Under the pieces are notes generated by a model. It made no database searches. It was not told where the DNA came from and worked only from the letters and a program-made list of their open reading frames with translations. A stretch of DNA of 28,903 bases from an uncultured Thermotogae bacterium. Lineage in GTDB: Bacteria; Bipolaricaulota; Bipolaricaulia; M55B111. The first letter of the stretch is position 1. Every line of letters starts with the position of its first letter. Shown here piece by piece: positions 1 through 8,600 of the stretch. A program made the translations under genes and the position numbers. The DNA is taken from the NCBI GenBank assembly GCA_964481645.1, contig CAYZUF010000001.1, positions 1 through 28,903 of the forward strand. Reading direction: 5' to 3'.

Positions 1-417
1 CCCCTTTGCCTTATATCTCGATTCAAGTTCTGGTAGCGTGACGTTTTGACTTGTCACGACAATTCCTTTCTCCACCGCTTCTTCTACGAAAGGTTCATAT
101 GCTTCCACACCGGGGTGACCCATGATGGCTATTCCGTCGGGATTTGCGGACACCGCTTCCTGGAACTGATTGACCATCTTTTGTGGGTTCCAGTCGGACC
201 ATTTGTATTTTACGTCGACCCTGTCCCCCAGTATTTTTGCCGCTTCTTTCGCTCCGTTATAGACTACCGTAGAAAATGAACCGCCCGGTGCCCCACCGGG
301 AAAGAAGTAAATTTCAACTGGCTCTTCATTCGATTCGCTGGCCGCAAATGCCGGCGCTGCCAATAACCCAATCAGTACAAGAGAAACTAGCAAAATTTTA
401 ACGTTGCTTTTTACCAT
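1..417 (-). CDS. Sugar ABC transporter substrate-binding protein (periplasmic binding protein type 1), 5' part only; runs off the left edge
   Basis: Not in the ORF track; translated by hand from ATG at 417: MVKSNVKILLVSLVLIGLLAAPAFAASESNEEPVEIYFFPGGAPGGSFSTVVYNGAKEAAKILG...NPDGIAIMGHP... It has a Sec signal peptide ending AFA, a PBP1-like N-terminus and an AGGAGGTG Shine-Dalgarno (SD) at 425-432. Open for 139 codons to the edge. Confidence 0.85.
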   Translation of the reverse strand, partial: MVKSNVKILLVSLVLIGLLAAPAFAASESNEEPVEIYFFPGGAPGGSFSTVVYNGAKEAAKILGDRVDVKYKWSDWNPQKMVNQFQEAVSANPDGIAIMGHPGVEAYEPFVEEAVEKGIVVTSQNVTLPELESRYKAKG

Positions 418-672
418 TTACACGCACCTCCTATAGGTGTATTGGAAAAGTGGTCTTGCATCCACCCTAAATCTTATTTTCCCAGCTAAGTGAATTATCA
501 CCCCCGGAAATTCGTTTATTCCGGTTCCAGCCACCTTAGGGAATCAAAAACCCCTTCAGCAGGTGAACCTGTTTCAAAAACTTATCTCAACCTTTTCACC
601 TAAGTAAAGAAACTCCGTACATTTGAATAGGATATTGCCAGTAACCTCGGAGATCAAAGCTCCGGGAAATCG

Positions 673-707
673 GCCTCGGGAAGGGTTCGCCCTCTTCCCG
701 GGGAGGC
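673..707 (-). terminator. GC-rich hairpin just downstream of the UroD-like gene; possible terminator
   Basis: GCCTC/GAGGC and CGGGAAG/CTTCCCG arms around a GGG-TTCG-CCC cap, 8 nt after the stop at 716. The U-tract on the minus strand is weak. Confidence 0.45.
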
Positions 708-715
708 TCATCGGC

Positions 716-1891
716 TCAAGTGGCGTCAATCCCTTTTTTCTTCGCCGTATCAAACATAGCGATAATGTTTTCAGGGGGAACGTCGGCCTGTATATTGTGC
801 ACGGAAGCGAGGACGTAACCCCCGTCTGTGGATAGATGATCAATCCGCTTCTCCACCTCTTTCTTAACGTCCGTCCGGCTCCCCGTGGGCAGGGTTTTTT
901 GGGTATCGATAGCTCCCCAAAAAACGACCCGGTTCCCGAACTCTTCCTCGAGCTCCTTTGAATCCATCTTTTTTGCGCTTACCTGGACGGGATTAATGAT
1001 ATCAACGCCGATGTCAATCAGATCCGGAAGCAGTTCCCTTACGGATCCACAGCAGTGGTAGAACAATTTTGCATCCGTCTTCTGTTTTATTAGGTCGAAA
1101 ATTTTGGCCTGTCTCGGTTTTACAAATTTTCTGTACATCTCGAGCGACATGGCTGGCCCGTCCTGGTTTGCCAGATCGTCCCCCTGCAAGACTACGTCGA
1201 TATATTCGCCTGCTTCTTCCAGCATGGCCTGCAAGAACTCCATGTGAAGGGAGGCCGTCTTGTCCAGGAGCTTTTCCACGAATTCGGGGTTCCTGTACAG
1301 GTCCTTGTAGAACCGCTCGTATCCTCGCATGTACCAGCAGTTTTCGTACCACGATTCGAAGTTGAAGTCGGCGACCACGGCGTAACCTGCCTTCTTTATC
1401 CTCTTGGCTTCTTCCTTGACCCCCTCCCGGAAGCCCGGGTCGGTAGGATCGGGCCAGGGGTAGTCCTCCAGGTCCGTTACGGTAGCATCTTTTAGCGGAC
1501 ACTCGGAGAAGACTATATCGTAGTATAGCCCGCCGTCTTTTGGCCTTTTACGGGTTACTCCCCAGCCGTCGGTAATATAATAGTAATCCTCGTCCTCGTA
1601 TCTGTCTAGCTCCCAGGTTTCACCCTGCGGGCTGGAAGGTCGGATGTATCGAGTGTCGATCCCCAATCGCTTAAGAACTGATTCGTCGATCTCCGGCAAT
1701 TGCTGAATCCAGTCCTTGAGCTTGTAACGGGTGGGAAACTCTTCCCGGTCGTGGTTTTCAGCCCGGAGTCGGGCTAGGAGGTTTTCGTAAGCGATCTTGT
1801 GCATAGAGGTAACCCATCCACCCAGATCCAACGGGACGCGGTCCGGTTCTCGGTGATTGAGGGCGGCTAAAACTCGCTCTCTTGAATTCAT
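716..1891 (-). CDS. Uroporphyrinogen decarboxylase / MtaA-CmuA methyltransferase superfamily protein, function unknown
   Basis: N-terminal MNSRERVLAALNHREPDRVPLDLG, central GDDLANQDGPAMS, FYHCCGS metal motif, INPVQ and C-terminal GGYVLASVHNIQADVPPENI are typical of the UroD-like paralogs of anaerobes. The RQAGR motif of true HemE is absent. Confidence 0.85.
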   Translation of the reverse strand: MNSRERVLAALNHREPDRVPLDLGGWVTSMHKIAYENLLARLRAENHDREEFPTRYKLKDWIQQLPEIDESVLKRLGIDTRYIRPSSPQGETWELDRYEDEDYYYITDGWGVTRKRPKDGGLYYDIVFSECPLKDATVTDLEDYPWPDPTDPGFREGVKEEAKRIKKAGYAVVADFNFESWYENCWYMRGYERFYKDLYRNPEFVEKLLDKTASLHMEFLQAMLEEAGEYIDVVLQGDDLANQDGPAMSLEMYRKFVKPRQAKIFDLIKQKTDAKLFYHCCGSVRELLPDLIDIGVDIINPVQVSAKKMDSKELEEEFGNRVVFWGAIDTQKTLPTGSRTDVKKEVEKRIDHLSTDGGYVLASVHNIQADVPPENIIAMFDTAKKKGIDAT

Positions 1892-2121
1892 GCTTGCTCC
1901 CCGGTATTTCTCGTGACGAATGTGGTCGGAAGTTCTATCTCGAAAGGGGTTTGCCCTTCCCTTTCGCCGGCCTCCCTTTCTCGGAAACGAATTTTCTCCA
2001 CCACGAACATTTTGTGGAGGTTATCATCGGAAAATAGGGTACCACCTCTGTCATGAGGTTACAAATTGCTGAAGTAGCGAGTAACGTAACACCTGTATAT
2101 TCCCTCCGAACTACGCACCCA

Positions 2122-3177
2122 CTAGGCTTCAACCTCTATGTTAGTTCTACCTCCGTAGACTTGATACCATGGTTTTGCCCCCCGATCTATGATCGCGTTC
2201 ATCTTCGTGATGTTCTCTACTCCTCCCTCTTTGAGCCAGTTTCGAAGACCTGCTACTCCCTTTTCTGCGTACTCTGCTATGCCGTTTTGCCAGGTAGCTC
2301 GCCCGCAGAGAACCCCGTTCCAGTTTACTTCTGCCTCATTGGCCAACCTGAGGCTTTCTCGCATCTGGGGTGCGTCTACCCCTGCACTGAGATAGATCAT
2401 CGGCCGTTTGGCGACTTCGGCCGCTCTGGCAAAGTGTTCGAGGACTCCCCCCCTATCGTAGACGCTTTCTCCTCCCTGATAGGCGTCGGTCCCTCTGGCG
2501 AATTTCAGGTTTATGGGAATCTCTACCTTTAAAACGTCGACGTTGTACCGGTCCCGCGAGAATTCCGCTATGCTTCTCCTTACGATATCCGGTTTACGCC
2601 GGGCGAGTTGCGGATCGTTCTTCCAGTCCCCCCCGTCCGTTCCATACCCCAGGAATTCCAGGAAGAAGGGCACCTCGTAGTGGGCACATTCCGCTCCCAC
2701 CCGTTCGACCATGGCTTCCTTTTGGGCGTTGAAGAGCTCGTCCTCGTCGGGATGGTAGTATATTAAAAGCTTGACTGCATCCGCACCTTTCTCCACGGCT
2801 TTGCCCACGGACCAATCGGGTATTAGTTCCTTCATCCTCGCAGGCAGGCCATGGTCGTAGACATCGGCATATTTTCTGGAGGCGCTGCTTTTCTCGTAGG
2901 AGGTGATCAGGCCCGTACCTTCTTGCCGGGATCTTGCTGCCGGGAGGCCCCATTCGGGGTCGAGGAGAATTGCGCTGGCGTATGGGGTTAGAACCTCGGA
3001 GATAGCTTCCTTGAATTCTTCCATCATCTTGTCAGTGACTTCTTCCTTCTCTATCCCGCAGGCGGCGGAAAGTCTGCTGACCAGAGACCCGCGTTGATCC
3101 ATTGCCGCGGCTTTAATCACGCCGTTTTCGTCGCTAAGTTTCTCCATGCGGTCGAACTTGGTTTTGCTAATTTTCAT
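2122..3177 (-). CDS. lacD: LacD-family class I aldolase (tagatose-1,6-bisphosphate aldolase-like)
   Basis: AAAMDQRGSL, ASAILLDPEWG, DAVKLLIYY, DVLKVEIP (Schiff-base Lys), IYLSAGV and GVLCGRATW. I place the start at ATG 3177, which has a GAGGTG SD 6 nt upstream, rather than the GTG at 3186 in the ORF track. Substrate not proven. Confidence 0.85.
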   Translation of the reverse strand: MKISKTKFDRMEKLSDENGVIKAAAMDQRGSLVSRLSAACGIEKEEVTDKMMEEFKEAISEVLTPYASAILLDPEWGLPAARSRQEGTGLITSYEKSSASRKYADVYDHGLPARMKELIPDWSVGKAVEKGADAVKLLIYYHPDEDELFNAQKEAMVERVGAECAHYEVPFFLEFLGYGTDGGDWKNDPQLARRKPDIVRRSIAEFSRDRYNVDVLKVEIPINLKFARGTDAYQGGESVYDRGGVLEHFARAAEVAKRPMIYLSAGVDAPQMRESLRLANEAEVNWNGVLCGRATWQNGIAEYAEKGVAGLRNWLKEGGVENITKMNAIIDRGAKPWYQVYGGRTNIEVEA

Positions 3178-3224
3178 TTGCTTCACCTCGTATTCTATAT
3201 ATTTGACTGCAGCACGAACAATAA

Positions 3225-3253
3225 ATTATAGGGGGTGAGTGTCTATTTGAAAA
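3225..3253 (-). promoter_or_regulatory. Putative sigma70 promoter for lacD
   Basis: TTTTCA-17 nt-TATAAT on the minus strand, about 50 nt upstream of the ATG. Confidence 0.55.
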
Positions 3254-3365
3254 TACGGGAAGGAAAGTTTTTCGCCGGAAAATCAGGGTGAAAGGGGAAG
3301 TAGGCAGGAGTGGATCGACCCCCTCGCTGAGTTCCCGGTGTAGGAGGGTTCCGGATTTCCGGAAT

Positions 3366-3965
3366 TTAACCCTGGAGATATTCGATGTTGGTTTTGGTTA
3401 GCTCAACCGATATCCGATATCTATCCCCGTAAGTGTAATTCAGGATCAAGGGGACCCCTAGTTCTTCCGGGACGAAAGTGGATACCACTTCCTTTCCAAA
3501 CCTCTTCTGGCTTTCGGAGTAGTACTCGTTGATCTGTATCTCCCGTTCCTTTACTTTCAGGGTCCTTTCTTCGGTAAGGGTGGACTTCTCGAGTAGGGAA
3601 GAAAAGGAGATTGGGTCCCCTTTGTTTAGTTCTTGAGATTCCTGGTTGGTGAAACTGGGAATTTTGTCCGCGTTGCCCGATACTTCGACGGTAACTGTAT
3701 AGGAGGATTCCGAGACCTCTTCCACGGTGTAGGTTAAAGTACCGAAAATGGGTCCTACGGGGGACTTTCCTTTGACCCTGTAGACCACCTTGGCATTACG
3801 GTAGGGAAAAGCAGGGCCGGTTGAGTCCTCCTCTCCCCGGGCCCGGGGAAGAGTCAGGAAAACAAGAAGCGCGAAGGTCAACAAAAATCCTATGACTTTG
3901 AGTAGTAGCAGTTCTTTGTTTTTAAGTCGGAGCACTTGAAACCTTAGACCCTCCCTGGGGAACAA
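3366..3965 (-). CDS. Hypothetical exported protein
   Basis: 199-aa ORF with a hydrophobic signal-like segment (VIGFLLTFALLVFLTLPRARG) followed by a T/V/Y/E-rich, beta-strand-like mature region. The true start is probably later than 3965. No family recognised. Confidence 0.65.
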   Translation of the reverse strand: MFPREGLRFQVLRLKNKELLLLKVIGFLLTFALLVFLTLPRARGEEDSTGPAFPYRNAKVVYRVKGKSPVGPIFGTLTYTVEEVSESSYTVTVEVSGNADKIPSFTNQESQELNKGDPISFSSLLEKSTLTEERTLKVKEREIQINEYYSESQKRFGKEVVSTFVPEELGVPLILNYTYGDRYRISVELTKTNIEYLQG

Positions 3966-4091
3966 AAAAACTTGTTTGCTAATTTAAATAGCTTCTACCA
4001 AAGCTGGCCCTAATAGCCGCGGCAAAAGAGAATCTAACGAATCGAAAAGCATGTACGGGTTGAGTTGATCCGCACGCCTGGCCTGCCGGTG

Positions 4092-5090
4092 TCAAGTAAA
4101 TCTACGCACGACCCTCCTGCGAAAGTTCCTGTTCAGTACAGCCGACAGCAGTAATACCACTCCGATGATTCCCTGGAACCAGTTTGATTGGATCCCCATC
4201 TGGATAACGCCTGTATTGATGTAGCGAAGGAGAAAGGTTCCCAGAAATGCTCCCTCTATGGAGCCTATCCCTCCAGTGAGGGAAGCCCCTCCGATTACGG
4301 CGGCAGCAATCATGTAAAGCTCCAGGCCCTGGGCTGTATTGGTCATTGTCGCTCCGGCAGAAGTTGCTGAGACAATCCCCGCAAAGCCCGCCAAGGTGGA
4401 AGTTACGATGAACATGACGAACTTGGTTCGCTCCGGTTTGCTCCCCCGAGCCTGGGCTGCCCCGTAATTTCCTCCGGCCGCGAAGATCGAGTTGCCGAAA
4501 GGGGTCCTTTCTAATACTATCCAGAGTATAACAAAGATAGCGAGGAGCAGGAGAAATTTAGAGTAGCACCAGCCCCCCAGCATCTTGACCCCAAATGCGT
4601 TGTTAAAGTAGTTTATAGCGTCTTGAGGGGCCGTGGGGGTGTACGACCACATCGCATTTACGGTAGACCTCCAAAACCACATACCCGCCAGGGTCGTGAT
4701 AAAGGACGGAATTCCCAGTTTTAGGGTAATAGTCCCATGGAGTAGCCCGATCAGGGCGCAGGCGGCCAGCATTATAATGAAGGCCAGAAGGGGGTGAAAG
4801 CCAAGCTGAAAAAGCTTGAATATGCCCCCGGCGCCTAGGGCAAAGACGGAACCGACGGATAGATCGAATTCACCGGCAATCATCAACATTGCCACGGGGA
4901 GGGCTACGATCGCCCAGTTGACACCCATATCCAGTAGCGAGCCTCGAACGATGCTCTTGTTGAAAAGGATATCGCCAACCTGCCAGTAGAAGAAAGCCAG
5001 CACTGCTACTAGAGAGATAGCGCTAGTTAAACCCTTCCAGGTCAGTAGGTTCTTGCCTGCCGATTGAGCAAAATTCTTTAACCTTTTCAT
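4092..5090 (-). CDS. Sugar ABC transporter permease (RbsC/CUT2 type)
   Basis: Multi-pass hydrophobic protein with MIAGEFDLSVGS, LGIPSFITTL, RTPFGNSIFAAGGN and IAAAVIGGASLTGGIGS motifs. Confidence 0.95.
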   Translation of the reverse strand: MKRLKNFAQSAGKNLLTWKGLTSAISLVAVLAFFYWQVGDILFNKSIVRGSLLDMGVNWAIVALPVAMLMIAGEFDLSVGSVFALGAGGIFKLFQLGFHPLLAFIIMLAACALIGLLHGTITLKLGIPSFITTLAGMWFWRSTVNAMWSYTPTAPQDAINYFNNAFGVKMLGGWCYSKFLLLLAIFVILWIVLERTPFGNSIFAAGGNYGAAQARGSKPERTKFVMFIVTSTLAGFAGIVSATSAGATMTNTAQGLELYMIAAAVIGGASLTGGIGSIEGAFLGTFLLRYINTGVIQMGIQSNWFQGIIGVVLLLSAVLNRNFRRRVVRRFT

Positions 5091-5207
5091 TGACGCTCCT
5101 CTTTATGAAAACTTTAGTAAACTTTTAGGATTTAGGAACCAGCTAATATCTTCGCAACTACGGTCGGTTCTCTCCTACCGAATAGGTTGAGAGGGGTAGA
5201 CAAAATT

Positions 5208-5975
5208 TTACAACATTAGGCTTTCCAGCTCCTCTTCCATTTCGGGTCCACCGACGACTGCACTCTCCACCTGCTCTATGTCGACGTTTTCCCTATCTTG
5301 ATCAATTATTTTCTCTCCATTTCTCAAAACTACTATTCTGTCGCTAACCGGGTATACCTCCTGAATGGCGTGAGATATCAGGATGGCGGAGAGATCGTTC
5401 TCCCTGAACTCCCGTACGTATTCGTAGACCTTTTTGGATTCCTTTATAGACAGGTTATTGGTAGGCTCGTCAAGGATTATTAGATCAAAATTAAAGTGAA
5501 GAGCCCTGGCTATCGCGACCCCCTGCCTTTGCCCCCCGGACAGTTCCTTCACTAAAACATCCGGCGATCTAACCTCCAATCCCATCTTTTCTAAGCCCTC
5601 AGCCGAGGCTTGCCTCATTCTATCCAGGTCCAGTAGACCCAACCGATTTTTCGGTTCCCTCCCCAAAAAGAAGTTCCGCTTTATGTCCATATCTTCTACT
5701 AACGCCTGGCTCTGCTGGATGGACTCGATGCCGGCCTGGAGGCTTTCTTGAGGGGAGGAAAAGTCCCTCTTTTCGCCCTTGAAATATATTATACCCTTGG
5801 ATGGCGGGAAGATACCGCAAATAGTTTTTATTAGCGTGGATTTGCCAGCTCCGTTGTCACCTACCAGACCTACGACTTCGGGTTGATCCACGTGGAAGTC
5901 AACTCCCTTCAGAGCGTGAACTTGCCCAAAGTACTTATGGATATTCTCACACCGCAAAAGGCTGTTTTCTGACAT
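5208..5975 (-). CDS. Sugar ABC transporter ATP-binding protein (single nucleotide-binding domain)
   Basis: Walker A GDNGAGKST, signature LSGGQRQ, Walker B LIILDEPT, H-loop ISH. Confidence 0.95.
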   Translation of the reverse strand: MSENSLLRCENIHKYFGQVHALKGVDFHVDQPEVVGLVGDNGAGKSTLIKTICGIFPPSKGIIYFKGEKRDFSSPQESLQAGIESIQQSQALVEDMDIKRNFFLGREPKNRLGLLDLDRMRQASAEGLEKMGLEVRSPDVLVKELSGGQRQGVAIARALHFNFDLIILDEPTNNLSIKESKKVYEYVREFRENDLSAILISHAIQEVYPVSDRIVVLRNGEKIIDQDRENVDIEQVESAVVGGPEMEEELESLML

Positions 5976-6063
5976 CTTTCTCCTCCCGACTGGTCTCTAC
6001 TAGCCTCTCCCTCTCGTGTTTCGCGTCTGCGCAAAGCAGGAAGAGCTCGAAATTATCAACAAA

Positions 6064-6095
6064 CCACGGCAGAATCCGAAGGGATTCTGCCGTGG
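6064..6095 (-). terminator. Perfect 14-bp hairpin between the binding-protein and ATPase genes; partial terminator or mRNA-stabilising stem
   Basis: CCACGGCAGAATCC-GAAG-GGATTCTGCCGTGG, followed on the minus strand by TTTGTTG. This position is common in ABC operons, where it raises binding-protein expression. Confidence 0.7.
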
Positions 6096-6166
6096 CAATT
6101 ATAGCTCCTTTTTATATACAGTCCCCTTTCCTAGTGTACTTAATACTCGTGGTTAAGGTGTTCTTT

Positions 6167-7312
6167 TTACCCAATAATTTTGGGAAATTCTTTGGCGATC
6201 GCTATATCTTCTTGATCTATTTGTTTACCGCCCGTGTATACGTCGTAGACGGTCATATTAAACATTTTGTGGAAGTATGCCTCGACGACAGGATAAAAGC
6301 CCTGAAGGAAAGGTTGCTGGTCCACGGTAGCCTCTATATACCCTCTGTCGATCCCTTCCACGAGTTTATCTATCAGGTCGTGGCCGACTACCACTAGCTC
6401 GTCTGGATCCATGCCCAGTTCTTCCATGGCCAGATAGGTTCCGCCGCAGGTCTGTGTCGCCAGGACCAAAGTAGCGTCCGGATTGCTCCTTATGGCGCTC
6501 ATTGCGTTGGGTTTTTGCCCCGTGGGGTTCATTTCAGTCTCGTATTCGTAGACCTGGCTGTTTACGTCCACGCCTTTTTCCTCGAGGAAGTCCTTGAATC
6601 CTTTGATTCTCTCCTGACACCAGCCGGCGCCGGGAGCCCCTTCGGGCATGAGTATCTTTATTTCCTCGGGGTCCGGATCCTTGCCCATCGTTTCCGGGTA
6701 GTACTTGTTCCAGACGGCCTTGGCCATCTCGTAAGCAGCGTTGTAGCCTTCCTGGCCAATGTAGGCACTTCTGGCGTTCTGGGTGGGATCCTCCACGTCG
6801 GAGTTGATCGCCAATACCGTCTTTCCCTGATCCTCCAGGTTTTGTACCACCTCGTCAAACATGGTTTCGTGGGGAAGGGTGGTGGCCACCATGTCAAGGT
6901 CTTCCTGGGCAGCCAACTCTGACAGGATGTTCTCTTGCCATCGCGGCTCGAATTCTTGTTGGGGACGATACATGGTCCCTTTGACCGGAAAGATTTCCTT
7001 GGCCATTTCGTATCCGTATTCTACCGCGTTCCAGAAAGGATTGCCTTCCCCGCCGTGACAGACCAGCGGCACGTTGAAATCCTCCTCGGGAGCCGGTAAC
7101 GGAAAGTCTCCCGCGGGAACGTCAATATTTGCCTCGGTTAATAGTGCCTCGGCGTCATCCCAATTGCCAACTTCAGTTTTTAGATAGTCTACTACAGTTG
7201 CTTCCGTTACTTCGCTTTCTCCAAGTGTGGTTGAGGCAAAGGAGCCAACGAGTAAGACAACGAGAACTGCGCCCGTTAAAAGAACTTTAATTCTGCTTTT
7301 TGATGCTGTCAT
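6167..7312 (-). CDS. Sugar ABC transporter substrate-binding protein
   Basis: Signal peptide, GNPFWNAVEYG, KTVLAINSD, AYIGQEGYNA, VVVGHDL and ATVDQQPFLQGFYPV (PBP1 sugar-binding family). SD GGAGG upstream. Confidence 0.92.
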   Translation of the reverse strand: MTASKSRIKVLLTGAVLVVLLVGSFASTTLGESEVTEATVVDYLKTEVGNWDDAEALLTEANIDVPAGDFPLPAPEEDFNVPLVCHGGEGNPFWNAVEYGYEMAKEIFPVKGTMYRPQQEFEPRWQENILSELAAQEDLDMVATTLPHETMFDEVVQNLEDQGKTVLAINSDVEDPTQNARSAYIGQEGYNAAYEMAKAVWNKYYPETMGKDPDPEEIKILMPEGAPGAGWCQERIKGFKDFLEEKGVDVNSQVYEYETEMNPTGQKPNAMSAIRSNPDATLVLATQTCGGTYLAMEELGMDPDELVVVGHDLIDKLVEGIDRGYIEATVDQQPFLQGFYPVVEAYFHKMFNMTVYDVYTGGKQIDQEDIAIAKEFPKIIG

Positions 7313-7527
7313 CCTACCATCCTCCTAATAACTTTTTTGAACTCAATGTGGTGAACTTAATTTGCCGTTAAGTCTTCGATACGAGTCGATTTTCCAGAAG
7401 TCCGCAAGCTCCGACGAAACTCTCTTTTTCACCTCCTTTCTTTTGCCTATTGTCAAATATGTTTTGGTCATCCAGGCTCTGAACTATAGGACCTTCGGAT
7501 ACCAAGAACAAATGAAACAAACCTTTA

Positions 7528-7541
7528 AGCAAGCACTTGCA
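7528..7541. promoter_or_regulatory. Putative LacI-family operator of the ABC operon
   Basis: Minus strand TGCAAGTGCTTGCT is a near-palindrome fitting the LacI pattern TGxAAxCGxTTxCA. It lies immediately downstream of the predicted -10 box. Confidence 0.6.
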
Positions 7542-7544
7542 CTT

Positions 7545-7573
7545 ATCTTAGCAGAAGTACTTGGACCTATCAA
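7545..7573 (-). promoter_or_regulatory. Putative sigma70 promoter of the ABC operon
   Basis: TTGATA-17 nt-TAAGAT with TG upstream of the -10 (extended -10 like). Confidence 0.55.
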
Positions 7574-7584
7574 ATAGACTGCGA

Positions 7585-8589
7585 TCAGCCGTTGATAGAT
7601 GATTCCCTGACTTTCAAGGTCGGTTCCAGTTCGATTTTCCTGAAGTGCCGGTCCTCCGTTTCTGTTTCCATTTGTTCAAAGAGTAGTTGAACTGCCTGGT
7701 ACCCCATCTCGTACGGTTGTTGAGCGACAGAAGTGATGCTGGGATTAAAGCTGGCTGCCCACTCGGGGTCGTCGAACCCGACCAGGGCCACTTCCTGGGG
7801 ATATCTTACTCCCTCCTGTTTGAAGTAACGCAATATTCCTTCCGTCATTAAGTCATTAGTACTGAATATCGCGCTTACTTCGGGATTTTCCTTCAGGAGT
7901 GTCTCCGTAGAAGCAAAAGCACCTTCGACTTCCAGACCGGCTTTTTTGATATACTCTTCCCGAACTGGGATACCATGGTCACGAAGGGCTCTTTTATATC
8001 CTTCGAGCCGGTGGGCAAAACTGGATATTTCGGTAAATTCGATGATGATGCCGATATGTTCGTGACCCTGTTCGATAAGATGCTCGGTAGCCTTGTATCC
8101 ACCCTCTACGTTGTTAGAATATACTTGATCCACTTCGACGTCCCTTAGTTCCCGGTCAATACAGACTACCGGTATTCCGTCTTCCAATAATGGTTGAAGG
8201 TTGCTCTTCCCTTCGCTGGTAGGAGATACGATGAATCCGTCCACCCGTTTTGATTTCAGCAGGGATAGGTTGCGCCGCTCCTGAGTAGGGTCCTCGTCTG
8301 TGTTAGTCAGGATCAGGCTGAACTCCTTTTCTCTCGTGCAGTCCTCCACGCCCCGAACCACCTGAGGGAAAAACGGGTTAACGATGTCCGACACCACCAG
8401 TGCTATTGTCTGGCTTCTCCCCTTGCTTAATCCCTGGGCGATGGGATCCGGGTGGTAGTCCAGCTGTTCGATCGCTTCGTTTACTTTTTGCTTTAATTCC
8501 GGACTAACGTATCTAGTGCCGTTTATAACGTGCGAGACGGTGGTTATAGAAACGTCGGCCAGCTTGGCCACATCCTTCATCGTGGACAT
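7585..8589 (-). CDS. LacI-family transcriptional regulator (PurR/RbsR-like recognition helix)
   Basis: MKDVAKLADVSITTVSHVINGTRYVS helix-turn-helix plus a C-terminal sugar-binding domain (DGFIV, VALVGFDD, ITSVAQ). Confidence 0.97.
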   Translation of the reverse strand: MSTMKDVAKLADVSITTVSHVINGTRYVSPELKQKVNEAIEQLDYHPDPIAQGLSKGRSQTIALVVSDIVNPFFPQVVRGVEDCTREKEFSLILTNTDEDPTQERRNLSLLKSKRVDGFIVSPTSEGKSNLQPLLEDGIPVVCIDRELRDVEVDQVYSNNVEGGYKATEHLIEQGHEHIGIIIEFTEISSFAHRLEGYKRALRDHGIPVREEYIKKAGLEVEGAFASTETLLKENPEVSAIFSTNDLMTEGILRYFKQEGVRYPQEVALVGFDDPEWAASFNPSITSVAQQPYEMGYQAVQLLFEQMETETEDRHFRKIELEPTLKVRESSING

Positions 8590-8600
8590 CGGTATCTCCT

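Noticed and set aside
489-501. GTGAATTATCAC near-palindrome considered as a Rex box
   Set aside because: Spacing and flanks do not fit TTGTGAA-N4-TTCACAA.
1941-1966. GGGCAAACC on the minus strand resembling a c-di-GMP-I riboswitch
   Set aside because: The GAAA-capped P2 and the downstream GACGCAAAGC element are absent; it is a simple hairpin.
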